Shown one piece after another: positions 28,001 to 40,700 of a stretch of 64,000 bases of DNA. The stretch is taken from contig JAYWIR010000080.1 of assembly GCA_036172245.1 (NCBI GenBank), positions 62,001 through 126,000 on the forward strand, given 5' to 3'. Positions within the stretch are counted from its first letter, which is position 1. The number at the start of each line of letters is the position of its first letter. The translations under genes were made by a program, and so were the position numbers. The notes under the pieces are model-generated. The model worked only from the letters and a program-made list of their open reading frames with translations. It was not told the DNA's origin and did not search any database. Origin of the DNA: Raillietiella orientalis (taxonomy: Eukaryota).

Positions 28001-30800
28001 AGGGCTTGCGGGCAAGCTCGCTTGGCAATGCCTTCAGTGCAAATCTTGGAAGTAGTGGTAAATGCTCCCTTGAGATCTGGAGGTCCGATGTGGAGGAGGA
28101 TTCCGTGCGTGATGGCTCTCACCACTTGATCCTGCGTCCGCAACCAGATCGTAAGTCCGAGAAAACTGAACCTCCATACCTCCAGCATTCTCTTGATCAA
28201 AGTTAGATTGAGAACTGAGCCAAGAAAGAAAAGACAAACGAGGACGCTCGCCAGCCAAAGATGCAGATTGCTGCCGAGAGACTGAGTAAACCTCCTTCCC
28301 GGTGCATGGGATGGTTCACTTTCCTCAGGGAATTCATCAGGAGTCTGAACGAATTTCGCACTGAGTCCTCAAATGTGCGGGATGGAGATTTTCTTCGCAG
28401 ACTAGCTAACAAAAACAAACCCTCAAACTCAACTGTCACGAGGAAATTTCAGGACTGCTCCGTTTCTCCTCTGCTCCGTGCAAAGATGGTCTCCTCGGCA
28501 GCAGCATTATGGGTTCGTCTCTTGATGGTGGTAGGAGGGGGCACAGCACCTTTCGAAAAATCGCCATGGGTATTTAGAGGCAAAGAAACTTTTTCCTATC
28601 GAGCGGTTTTCTTTAGCGAGAGTAAAAGTCCTAAAGAGCGAAATGCCAACCCAAAAATATGATTTGAATGGGACCAGGAAGATACCCGAGAAGTCGTGGA
28701 TCACTTATGTCGGGATTACGCATAATTTTCCCATTTCAAAATGAGGAAGAAGTTTTGTGGGATGATTGGGCTGATGGTTACAGCTGCTGGCGTGTGAGCT
28801 TGGAGCATTTCTCCAGATTGGTCAGATGCGAAACGACAAGACCTGCCGGTTCCAGCTGGGGCTAGGCGAGCTGTGGACACTTGCTGATTCACAGGAACTG
28901 AAGTCTCCTTGAAGTCCCGGTGCTCATGTCGTCCCTCTCTGAGAAGAGTTCGCATACAGTTCTGGAGGTTTGGTCGAGTTTTTTTTCGCCAATTCCTCGA
29001 TGATGAACAGCATCTGCGATCTCAGCATTAAATGGAAAATTTATCCGCAAGAGCATGTCTTTTGAAGTTGATTCAGTTTTGTTTCAGGATGCGAAACTCC
29101 ATGTACCACTGTGCAAGCCATGAATCCTCATCGTGTATCTTGTACAAACATTCTCTCATTCCATTTCTTGATTATTTTATCATAGTTACCTTTATGAGCT
29201 ACTCTCCTCCATAAGGAGTCTTCATGACTGTTGTACAGGTATGCGTGGGCGACTTCGGTCCTTGGTTTCAGCATAGGATCATTGATCTTACCCGATTTTA
29301 GTTGTGATCCAATAACTGAGATCTAACCCGCATCAATTTTTGCATGAAAACAGCGCTTCTATTTAAATTTGTCACTGTCAAACCTTGCCCTAATTTCTGC
29401 AGAAGAGGAAAACATCCCTGCGCTTCCTAGTTGAGAACCAAAAGAAAACTGAGGTTTGCAAGAGAAGTCTTATCTCGCGTTTAGATACGTATGAAGGGAA
29501 TCAGACAAACTCGCAGATGCAGAGACGAGGAACAGTGGGATTCCATCTTCGCTACCTGCGATTTATAATCGTGGTAACCTGTTCTCGTTCTTTCAGTGAA
29601 GGAGGTGAGATCAGCGGAGTCGGAGATGGAGATGAATTCAACTCCATTTCCACCAATCAGCATCACATCCATCGGGAGTCTGTAGCCCTGAATTCGAATG
29701 ATGGAATTTTTACTCAATTTTTAGTACTTCGAGCAGCTGATTTTGCCTCAAGGGATCCCTCAATGATTCGTTCGACAGCAAATCACTCGGTTTGATGAGC
29801 TCACCGATCATCCGATCTGGGAAAGAGGTTTCAGGAAAACCCTCGCTTAAGAACCGAGGATCATAGTAGAGACCAAACTAGAATTCGGCTTATCTTGCAA
29901 AAGTGGGAAAGTTACATTGCACGAGAGCCGAAGCATCTCTACGTGGAGAAGAGCACTGGTATTGCCACATCGTTGTTTTGACCAATCTGTTTACGAGATA
30001 AGAACTGATTAGATTACAAGTTAATCACATTCTACTAATTGGAAGCGTCATAAGTGATCCTTCTAATGATGGTTCCAAAGATCTCCGGACTGGTCTTTTT
30101 ACTGCGCTGAAGGAACGCATTCTTTAAATTTTCGGGCTCCAGCTGCGAAGTCTGAAAACTTATCAGAAAAACCTGGGTCAGAGGTCAGATTACAAGTTGT
30201 TGCGAACGAATGAGCTCCGAGCCAGAATGGTAGGTGGTTTAGCAACGTTAGATTCTCCGAATCTCATAACAAGCACATGGTGTGGAAGTATCATTTGATT
30301 CAAAGAGTATCCTGTTAGTGTGGGATCTGAGCAGCGTGGTGAAAAGTTCGAAATGCAGATGAAAAAGTTGAAGGAGTGTATCCAACCAGATTTTTTTTCC
30401 AAAATAAGACAATTCTTGATCCCTTTCATCTGTCTTTTGTGGAAGGCAAAAATTTCATCGAGAATGGCATCAAGTGGCTATAAGGCACAGGAAAAAGGAG
30501 AGAAAGAAAAGCACCATTGATGATTCAGCAGAGATTGTGTATCAAATGTGGGATAAATCACGAGCTAAGCAACAAATAGGAAATTCTTCGGAAGAGAAGA
30601 TTTCAAGTGAAGATTACATAATGTCCGTCTTCAAACTCTTTCCAGAATAAATTTCTCAGAGGCGCCTCGTCGCTTGTTTGGAGAAACGATTGAACGCTCA
30701 CGCACATCTTTGCTAATAGCCTCCTATAGGAAAACGCTGCTTTCTAGATATAGGAAGATGGAGTTCCAGCAATGAATTATGTATGAATGTTCCGGGTATT

Positions 30801-31586
30801 TCAACCAACTCTGCGAAACAAGCAGCAGATGGAGCTGATAATAGAAGATACCAATGCAGATGTTTCGACATCAGTGAGCAACATTGAATGGTGCATAGAG
30901 TAACAAACGAATAGAGAGAACCAAGTGTTCTCAACAGCTGAAGGCAATGCAAGAATCCATTTCCAAGGTATGGCCACATAGTTGCAGCAATCAGGTCTGA
31001 TGCGGAAAAGAAAGAATAATTGCTGGGTCGTAGAAGTGTCTTCACGTAGACCTTGCTCTTCAACAAAAGTGAAACACTGCAGTGAAATCTTGTCATTACT
31101 CGCGCTATTAAGGTGCATATAATCTTCTTTGCTGAACGACGAGACTGATCCAGCATTGTAATGTCTGAGTTCGAAACACATCCCTAAGGACGCATTCGTT
31201 CTCAAAGTTTGGTCTTTCATGGATTTGATCGAACTTAATATATTTTTGGATCCATCAACTATGGATGCTGAAATTTTGGTCCTCAAGAAGAATATCGCCG
31301 TGATTTCTCCTTGGTAGTTTTCGGCATTGGTTGCACGCCAATTTCGGCGGATCAGGTTGATATCCTCTGTGGGAAGAGAAACTCCACCAGAATTGAAAAG
31401 CATTCTGCATCTCTTCACAGAGTAAAAGTGTGCACTTTTGTTTTGCTCATGCTTTTGTGCTGAACGACACCGATACTCTGCACCATGAAAAACGAAAGTA
31501 TCCAGAGTCAAGATCGGAAACGCTTCCTCCTTCAGTTTGACGCTGGTGCTTTTGTAACTTATAGGTCCGATGGCACGAAAAACTCT
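30801..31586 (-). CDS. unidentified long open frame (probable exon of an unknown or decayed gene)
   Basis: About 260 stop-free codons in non-GC-rich DNA, beginning after a pyrimidine-rich acceptor-like CCTCTTATTAG. Further exon-like minus-strand fragments lie at ~29580-29720 and ~31890-32300 (the latter with in-frame stops). No family recognised. Confidence 0.35.
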   Translation of the reverse strand, partial: RVFRAIGPISYKSTSVKLKEEAFPILTLDTFVFHGAEYRCRSAQKHEQNKSAHFYSVKRCRMLFNSGGVSLPTEDINLIRRNWRATNAENYQGEITAIFFLRTKISASIVDGSKNILSSIKSMKDQTLRTNASLGMCFELRHYNAGSVSSFSKEDYMHLNSASNDKISLQCFTFVEEQGLREDTSTTQQLFFLFRIRPDCCNYVAIPWKWILALPSAVENTWFSLFVCYSMHHSMLLTDVETSALVSSIISSICCLFRRVG

Positions 31587-34500
31587 CTAATAAGAGGATA
31601 AGCAACGTAGCTTGGGGAGCTTGAAATCAATTGCAACTACGATGAAAGATCCAGAGGGCATGTTCGCAGCGATGATGCATGAACCTGACCTTGAGTACTT
31701 CATCAGAACATTGGAAGCCGACTGTCATTTCGATGCTAAAGGGAAATGAATTTGTGTGTGTGTGTGTTGTGTTCAGTTGATGCTACTACACTTTTTCAAC
31801 AGATTACCCGCTTGTCGTAGGAAAATCTCTGCATAGCATCAGAAAGTCTCATTCATCAAACAACTTTAGTGCTCGAAATGATAGTGGTTACAGAGGTTCT
31901 AAAGGTGTCAGAGATGGTCATTATATTCACACTTATTCATGTTTGGATATTTACACGATCAAATGGTTCATTTTTTTTTTTGTTTTTGATGATGGGAATA
32001 TGCTCGCTTCCGGTGGTGGCACCCCCCGTGATGGTTACAGTAGCATTTCCTTACTCCCAGCTGAGTACTGGCCTAAAAATCGAACCGAAATAGTGCTAGA
32101 AGACCCTCTTCTAAGCATCCATGAAGTCCAACCAACGAAAGTCCTGCTTACATTTTTACGCATCATTTTTGCAATAGTAATAGTGACCGACTCTGCTATA
32201 AGCAGCAGCCTTGTCTGTGGTACCAGGATTTTCGAAAGCCAAACTCCCCATTTCATGGGAAGAACATTCCATCCGGAAATATTTGGAAAATCCTTGACTT
32301 AAATGCTTTAGAATTTATCCGAAGCATTTCCGGTCCCGTCAAGAAATTTGCTTGAAGGTTTCGATGACTTGTCCTCAATCCTCAATCCACCCCGAGACGT
32401 AGTCCACCGTTATGCTGCCATGTAACTTAATTCCCAGTTAATGAGCGACTTGCCCACTCTGCCTGTGGGAGTAGCTATGCTACTGTTTCTTCTTTTTTCA
32501 ATCAACCCTTAACGCTTCAAAACAACAAGTTCTTTCTCACTTCTCTTCAGGATATCGATTTCGTCGATAAAAATTAGCCCTTCCAAGGAAAGAAGAACTC
32601 GAATAAAGCCCTCCTGTCTTGATGTGAATCCTCCACCTCTCTGGCTGAGTACAGCTTGGAAGCAGAAGAATCGAGGTGGGACTGCATGCTTGCCTGGCGT
32701 TTCCGCTTTTCCTGAAAAGTTGAAAAGAATTCTAAAGCAACAGAACCTGTTCCCGGAAGCAGATGCGGTCAATCTTCTTCCATAGCTCTCCATGGGCATG
32801 TCGACACAGGGAAACATGAAACGAACGCAAAGAAAAATCGCTGTCTGCGATGCTTTTCAGTTATCGATGGCTTTTAGTTTCATTCTAGCGTTTTTCTTTC
32901 GGACCGAGCGTTCATTAGCAAATTCAGTGTCATTCTTCCCCTCTTGCGGGCTGGTGGACAGTTTCCGTGATAAAGAGCCAATCCGGAAAGCAAGGCAAAT
33001 AAGTAGCGTAAAGATTTTTTGTGAGAAGCTGGGGGAAGCTGCTTGCGTCTTTGGAATTAATGACCGCCTGACCAGTTTCGCAAACGGAGGCAAAGCCGCC
33101 CTGTGAAAGTCTAACCAAGAGAATGATCTCCGTGTCTTTTGGAATAAATGCTATTTTTTGCAGGGATCCAGAGCAGGAAGGGACACATTCGCCTAAGATT
33201 GCAAGGTTTTCGATCTTGCTAGCACACCGACAAATTCCTTTGACAAATACTCGGTTGTTTCCGATCAGACTGCTTCGGGCCAATCTGATAAGAAATTTTC
33301 ACCTTATTTTTTAACAAGGAAAAGAAGATGAAGGTAGTCTCTGGTGGATGGGAAGAATGGAGGAAAGAAGTCCAGGCAACAGAAGCAAAAATCTAGAACA
33401 AGAAAATAAGACGATAAGGGTATGAATTTTCATTCATTTCTTTCTTCAAAAGAGAGACTGAGATCCATGCCAGAGATCCTGAGAGCTTTCCTCGCAGGTC
33501 ACGAAAGACTGCCAAGAGTTCCCGTGACGAGTGAGAGAAACCGTATGGCGATATCTTTCAAAGACTTTTCCGATGGGCACACGGGTCACCAGAGAGAAGT
33601 ACAGAATCTACTCCCCTCTGCCTCCAGCAAAAATGGGGAAGGGAGAGGGGGGAGGAACACGGAGTGTCGTTTCGACGGTTTGCTTAACGCCAAACAAGCA
33701 AGCAAACCGAACCACCGCTGGGTGGGACTGCACGGGTGGTCTCAACCAGTGGAGCCGATCTCGACAGAACAGAGGGTACCGGGAAAATCTCCCTGGTTTC
33801 CTCTTGGAAATAAAACAAGCAAACCAAATCAGTTTGGGCGAGTCTCCACACTTTTCTCTGTGCAAGAGGAGCCTTCAATGTCACATTCATCGGAAAAGGA
33901 TGGCTGCCAAGTGAAGGAGTGTCATTGAGACATCCACGGTGAGCTTCTACGCTCAAGAATGCGGTGATGGTGAAATGTGTGGGTCAGAGATGACAGAATG
34001 CTCGGTGGTCGGATGTACGTTCCCACGTGAGCCTCGTTAATCAGATTTCGTCGAGGCATCGAGCGGTTTCCCATCGCAACAAACAAAAATCTCCCTCCCT
34101 TCTTTTCTATCGTTGCTTTCAGGAATGCTTCCTGAGTCATCATCGCACTGATGGGAACATGCCCGTCCGCTGCTTCTCTCTCCCTCTCCCTTCCCCGGTG
34201 TAGTTCCGCCAAGTTGGTGGCTATCATAGGAGGTTTCCGAAGCGCTTTCGATTGTCGCCTATTTCATCATGAGGTGGACTTCACTCCAGACGAAAACCGT
34301 TGAACTTTGCTCCGGGAAGATAAACAAGCAGGCTACCGCGGCCTGAACAGTGTACGTCACATGTAAACACTTTATCTTTCCCATGGTACAGACGACAAAT
34401 AGCTGTGGTGTGCACAAAAAGGAAGGAAGGGAGGGGGGGAATCAAATTAAACATGCCATTGCAATAAAGAAACATCCCATCCGAACCGGAAACGTAATCT

Positions 34501-34734
34501 GAGATGGATCGACCTTGAACTACATAGGTTAGAATCCGTGGGACACGAATATTTTGTCCGAACAGCTGCTGTCTTAAAAGAAGCAAAAAAAAAATTCCGA
34601 AGAACCTGCTTCAGATGAAGAGTTTATGCTCTTTTTTTTTTTTTTTTTTTTTATTGTCAAGGACAGATTTCGCTCTCACAGACGCTGATGCCGGAAACAC
34701 TCCACACTGTTGTGGTGCACGGTTCGGCAAACTG

Positions 34735-37700
34735 TTAAGGATTGACAGGTCGCAACCAAGTACGCAACAAGGGGAAAATGGACACCGTCCTTCCAAACAT
34801 TTCACCGTCTTTAATGGTCTGCGGCATGCTCTGATGTAAGGTTTCGGGTAGAAGCGATGCCAACACGCCACCGGTAATCATCAAAATTCCGAAACACATC
34901 AGGGGTATCTGAACACTATCTAAACCCTGAAACAGAAAAAAGCAAAGGTAGGATGGTGGGCTTGCTGGTGGCCAAGTACCAAGTAGACTATGTACGGGAA
35001 TCCGATCAAACCAATGGAGGAAAGAAAGGAGCAAGACGACATGGCCTGGCTTCTCAGTACCGTGGGAACGAGTTCTCCAGCGAATATGTAGATGACGGAA
35101 AAAGATCCAGTGATGCAAAACTTGCCCATCATTGCGAGAGCAACAGTGACCCAAGCGTAATCTAAAAATTTGCACAGTCCATGAATTCAAGGGCACACTT
35201 AGCTTCTTCACCTTTAGGTACTATCATGCAGCTAAGACATGCAACACCTCCAAAAATCATGCATCCGCAAAGACTCCATTTCCTTCCATATCTATCCATG
35301 CTCCACCAGACAACGAAATATGCGGGAATCTAAATGGGAAGAATCAGGAATGCGTTTTCAGTTCTCTTTGCAAAACAGATGCGATATTTCATCATTATCC
35401 TGCCTCGGCTTGCGGGCCGAGAACTGCGATGCCCGACTGCATGACCACAAAAAAGGGCCCCTCTAAAAGCAAGCCTTTGATGCATCCTCGAATCGGGAAT
35501 AAGCGCGAGCCAAAGAACCTTGGTTTGGGCTTGGCTACCGCATGTACAGACGGCGCCAGCGAGGAAGCACTCGATTCTTCCATGAATAGAAAATCATGGA
35601 AAAAGTACGTTCGAAAATAGGTAGCGTAGAACAAAACTTAAATCTTCTATGGCTAGAACGACACTTGGAAGGTGCATCCTCCAGGATGACAGAACTACGA
35701 ATAAGATCGACTAGAACGGATGAAATGTTCGTGTTTATAGTACGAATCGTTTGGGTGGAATATGTACGAATTCCACATAGAGCGAAATCCACAGGACTCT
35801 ATTCTGCCTTTCTGTCCAAAACCTTCCTTTCCATCCACGTGATATTTTTTTTTTTTTTCTAGCAACAGTACGAAGCAATCTTCCCCACAAAAAAAAGGGG
35901 AAAAAAAATCCCACTCTCAGGAAAAAAGCCCTGACTCTTGCTTGAAATCGGCGCAGATTCCAAGGAAACCCCGTTGATCTCTAATGCCAGCTCCCAACAA
36001 GCGCTTGTTGGGCTTATCTTCTCTTAGCCAGCTTTAACGGGGCCATCGAGAGCTGCTCCTCTCAGAAAAGAAAACGCAGTCGGTTGTTCGGGATTTCCAA
36101 ACATTGCTAGAACCAATCTTTGGATCGAAAGCAGAGAAACCGGTCGTGTCCGCTCAAAAGCATGCTCGTCGGTTTGCTCCCCTACGGAAGGGACGATCAG
36201 TCATTTTGTTTTTGTGACTACGCTCGCATCAAAAGGCATGTAGGCGTTTTGTACCTAAAGCAGATGCTATACTCAGGCATCCGTACACTGACCTCAACGG
36301 CTGCTCCGATGAAGAAACTAAGGTAATAAGAAACATCGAGATTAGCAGTGTTGTAATTGAGACCACTGTATACCACAGCATTGGTACACCAACTGAAGCA
36401 AACAATAAGGAACTTCTTCCTTAAATTAGGGTATCTCAGCAAATCCAGAAAATTTGCTTTAATATCTTTTTTTGTGATATCATCTCCACTACTTGATTCC
36501 TGTTCCTGAAAGCACAAACTGAAATAAGAAGAAGAAAAAGAGATTCATAAACAGCGGTGCTGTAACCAGAACTGCAGAAGAAGTGCATTTTTTCCCTTTT
36601 CCTTTGCTTTTCCGCTTCGGACGACATACCTGGAGTTTGTTCAGAAAATTTTCTGGAATCGGCCTCTTGTTGACTCTGGCAATCTTCTGAATGGTTACTT
36701 CAGCTTCTGCTAACCGGTTTTTGCTTAAAAGCCATCTCGGAGACTCAGGAACTATCCACCAATAGCTGAATAAAAAAATACAGATATGTGTTACAGAAAC
36801 CGCAGCTTGCCTTATAAGCAAGATGTACGGCACAGAACTCCAAAGAATGAGTTGGAACCAATCTTTCAGGATATATGCTAACAACGGCAGAAGACACAAG
36901 GCAACAGCAAACAGAACACCCATAATTGTTCCCGCGTAAGTCCTCTGGTTCGGTCCCATGAGTTCGAGACCTAAGAGAAGACAAAAATACTGGGTAATCA
37001 TGGTTTGTTCAGCTTACCCATAATGAACGGGATCTGGTAAAGAGACGGGTATGCTAAGCCGGCAACCGCCCTCAGACCGATATACATGTAGTAATCTACA
37101 CTGAATGCCGTGCTGAAAGTGGCGAAAACTTGTATAATGATCAACAGCATAAATGCAGCCTTCCTTCCATATCTGTATCGGAACAGTCGATCAGCCAGAC
37201 GAGTACCGTCCGTACTTATCAGCTATTGCTCCAAAACAAACGTTGCCAATTACTCCTCCAGCATAAAAGGATGTGGTAGCCATAGGAGGCAGCCATTTCT
37301 CCTCGCATACCAGCTCCATCTTGGACGAGGACGAGACATTTAAGAAAGAGACATACAATGAACCAACACGCGGACGGAGATCCACCAATTAGACGAAGTG
37401 ATCGCTTTGTTTCTCCACTCAACTTGCTCAGTGCTTTCTTCTATCATCAACACAACTGAGAGAGTTGTTTCCCCTTCAAGTGAACACTCCTGAGGTCTGT
37501 GTCTGTTTCTCATTTTTTTTTTTTTTTTTCACGAGTTTTCATCGGAAGGTATACGATGATTTTAAAAGCGCAACATGAATACTTTATCAAAACACACCGT
37601 CCGCACGTCAGCTTCCTGTTCTTATGGAAAGGCCTCTAAGTGTTCGAAAAAGTAGGAAGGGGTCTTCAAATATTCGCTCAGCTCGCAACTCTTTCAGAAC

Positions 37701-40700
37701 AAAAGACTAACGTTTCTGAGGTGATTACCTCAGCAACCTATTGCAGCTGAAAACATGTGGAGCAGGTAAATGGGTCCCGGAGAATACCCACTACCATTCT
37801 CTGGGATAGAATGTTCCGTGAAGCGCATGAAGACTCAAGTTCTGGAAAGCTTAGAAAGACGTGACTCGAAAATGTTTCCTGAATTGGTGCAGCCCTAAAA
37901 CTCCTATCCAACGTGGGAGTGGGAAAAGCACGCAGGGTGAAAGAACAGGTACACAGCTGTATTTCTGTGCGATAGAACGAACTTGTTTTCGACGGCCACG
38001 GTTCCTCTGATTTCGATTTTTACAGAATATCCATCGAAAGGAACATCATAATAAAAAATATCGTTGATGAATTCCGTTTGTGGGCCGACAACCAGCAATC
38101 ACCTCACCTGTTCTTACATCTTGACATGGATGGACCCGCATGTGACAGATACAAAAAATTCATATCCCGGTAACGCGTTGAAAATCTTACATTCTTGTCG
38201 AGTGACACTTTTGAATTTTGCATAGGATGCTCTTGAAGCAAGGAAAGGTTCCTTCTCACCTTGGGGGAACTTCTAAAAGAGAAGCTACAAAAAGGTGATG
38301 AGGTACCTGATGGCTCGAATTTCGTAATTGCTACCATTGTGGATAACTTGCCAAGTATACCAACGTACGTCCATTAGTCACGTGTAGACACTAGCCGACA
38401 CGAATTTAGTCACGTTGCGACAAAAAACCTGCTCGTCGCTAACGCATAAGAGCCCTAGGAGCAGAAGGTATAAGAGGGAAAGTGCGGTGGTTCCCGATTG
38501 CGGACGTCAAGAGCGATTGCCGGATGGTAGTCTGAATGGGACAGAAATCAGAAGAAATCAGTTGTATCTGGACACTATCCCAGAAGAGGTGTTCCTCGAA
38601 GCAGCAGAGCGAATGGCTTATCTACTTCCTCAGCTCCATCGTTCCTTCGCAAGAAGCTCCAAGAGATTAGTAAAGTCGAGAAACTTGAAACGCAGAAAAA
38701 TTCTTTCATGCGGAGCGAAAATCGATTCCTAATATAAGAGGAACTGTCGAAATGAGATGAGACAAATTGTCATTGCCTCTTCCTTTTAAAGCAGCGATCG
38801 TTTGCATGGATGAATACTGCTACGCTGCCAAGGTTAAACTTATCTCTTCCTCTGGAGAAAGGCTCAAGAAAAACCACAGACGCGCAAACATGAAAAACCA
38901 ATCGAGCTAAATATTCCCAAGATACTGCGACATTCCACTCATTCCTGAAGAGCCAGGCACCTGTGATCTAGAGCAATTCCACTTGCGGAAGAGGGCCAAC
39001 CCGTGAGGAAAATGGTCAAGGTGTCTCACCGGATGCAAACAGCAGGGAAAGATGAAGTGGGCAGGCGACATGTGATAGGTCTGTTCATTACACACCCTCT
39101 TCCAAAGAATCTGAGTGACCACCTGCTGTTTTACGTTTCGTGTTTTGGAGAAACGAAAACGAGGTCATCCCTTGGCTCCGTCCAGGAAACCGATTCACTC
39201 GATTACTCTCATACTGCACAAATTCTGTGAATGCTTTGAGGGATAGAAGATATTACTGACTATTATTATTTTCTGCCTTTAATCGCACCCAAAAGAATAA
39301 TCATTAAGGAGAAGGACTTTTAGGAGCTGCGTGGCTTTGCACGGGATCGACAACAGTCAGCGGCAGTCACGACGTGAAGAATGACCGCTTGCTGGCAGGA
39401 AGGCCATTGCAAGCATCTCGAGAGAGAGTACGAGAAAGAGCGAACGGAGAATGAGCTGTGAATGCTCGGTGGCGCCAGAGATGTGGTTTTCCCGGGTAAA
39501 AGTGGATGCAGAAACACCAGAACACCATCATTCGGGAGTTTTCTTGAACATCTGCACCAACTCCATTGGCAAACTTCGGAGCGAACGCGTCGGGGAGTCA
39601 GCTCACATACTTCCTCGCGCTTCGAGAAGGTGAGCCAGTCCGCAATTCTAAAAAGGTCAACTCTCGGATCTCCTATTCGGAAACGGCCAACGGGAGGTGC
39701 AGTAAGTTTGTATTTAGTGATGAGCTTTGGCTTGGTGGTGTTAAGGAATGAGATGCATTGGATAAATCTGTAACAGCGCGTGAGCTGGTCTTGAAGTCCT
39801 TATTTGGAGTTAAGAGCAGTTCTTCCTCGCAGTTCTAGAAAAAAAAAACAAGAAACATCCATTCTCTTCTACCCATACATTCATTTCTTCCCCCCGCGTT
39901 GGCGGATATGTGGCTGCGGTCTCCTCGCGGGGAACTAAGAGCTGAGGGTTCGAATCCCCCAGCGAGAGATCGGAGCCGGGAAATGGGTGCATCTTGGGTT
40001 TCGAGTCTCCCCCCGCAGGATGCCTCTGGCTAGCCTTAGAGGCTTCGGGTGCGGCAACACTGGTGGAACCCGGGAAACCGGATGCTCCCGTTGACTAGTC
40101 GGGATTGAAAGTTGACCCTCTGCCGTCCTTCTAGGAATCAAAGAGCCGGTTCCCTTCGGGCTTGCCCTCCGGTTGTGAAAATGGAGCCGTCTGCCACTCC
40201 ACCCTCTCGGAGGGGGTACCATCTCGTACCATGGAGCTGATGAATGGATTCCTCCCCAGAGTGTGAAGAAGCCCTCTGCTCCCTTCGGGAAGCGTCCTTC
40301 AGAGAAATCGGGAAGCGCCCTTTCGGGGTTATCTCCAGAGAAGTAACAAGGAGAGGTTCCCTTGCGGGTTCCCTCCAGCGAAGAAATTCCAGGAGCGGAT
40401 CCTTTCCTGGCTCCCTTTGGAGAATAAATGACGGATGGCTTCCTCCAGGGGGTCCCTCTGGAGGGAACAAGGAAGAGGTTCCCTTAGGGGTTCCCTATCA
40501 AGCGTACAAGCAACGAACTCCTTCCTCCGGAACCTCCTCGGATTCATAGATTCCTCTGGGGTTACCTCCTAACTTGAAGAGTTATACGAACCTTGGAAGG
40601 CGTGGAAAGTGTAAAAGAACTTGGTGTAGAGCTCTCCTAAAGAAGTGAATGGTTCTTCAGTACTTTGTGAACCGAAACAAAGAAAATAAAAGCTGGAAGG

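Noticed and set aside
31753..31770. Short microsatellites and homopolymers ((GT)n here, (CA)n ~25827, (CCT)n ~48975, poly-T ~34632)
   Set aside because: Ordinary short simple repeats with no further structure.
40236..40275. CTGATGA in SINE copy 3 as a hammerhead ribozyme core
   Set aside because: No properly placed stem II/GAAA follows it, and the motif is absent at the aligned position in copies 2 and 4.
40265..40500. CRISPR array
   Set aside because: Units are degenerate and contiguous with no unique spacers, the context is eukaryotic, and no cas genes are present.
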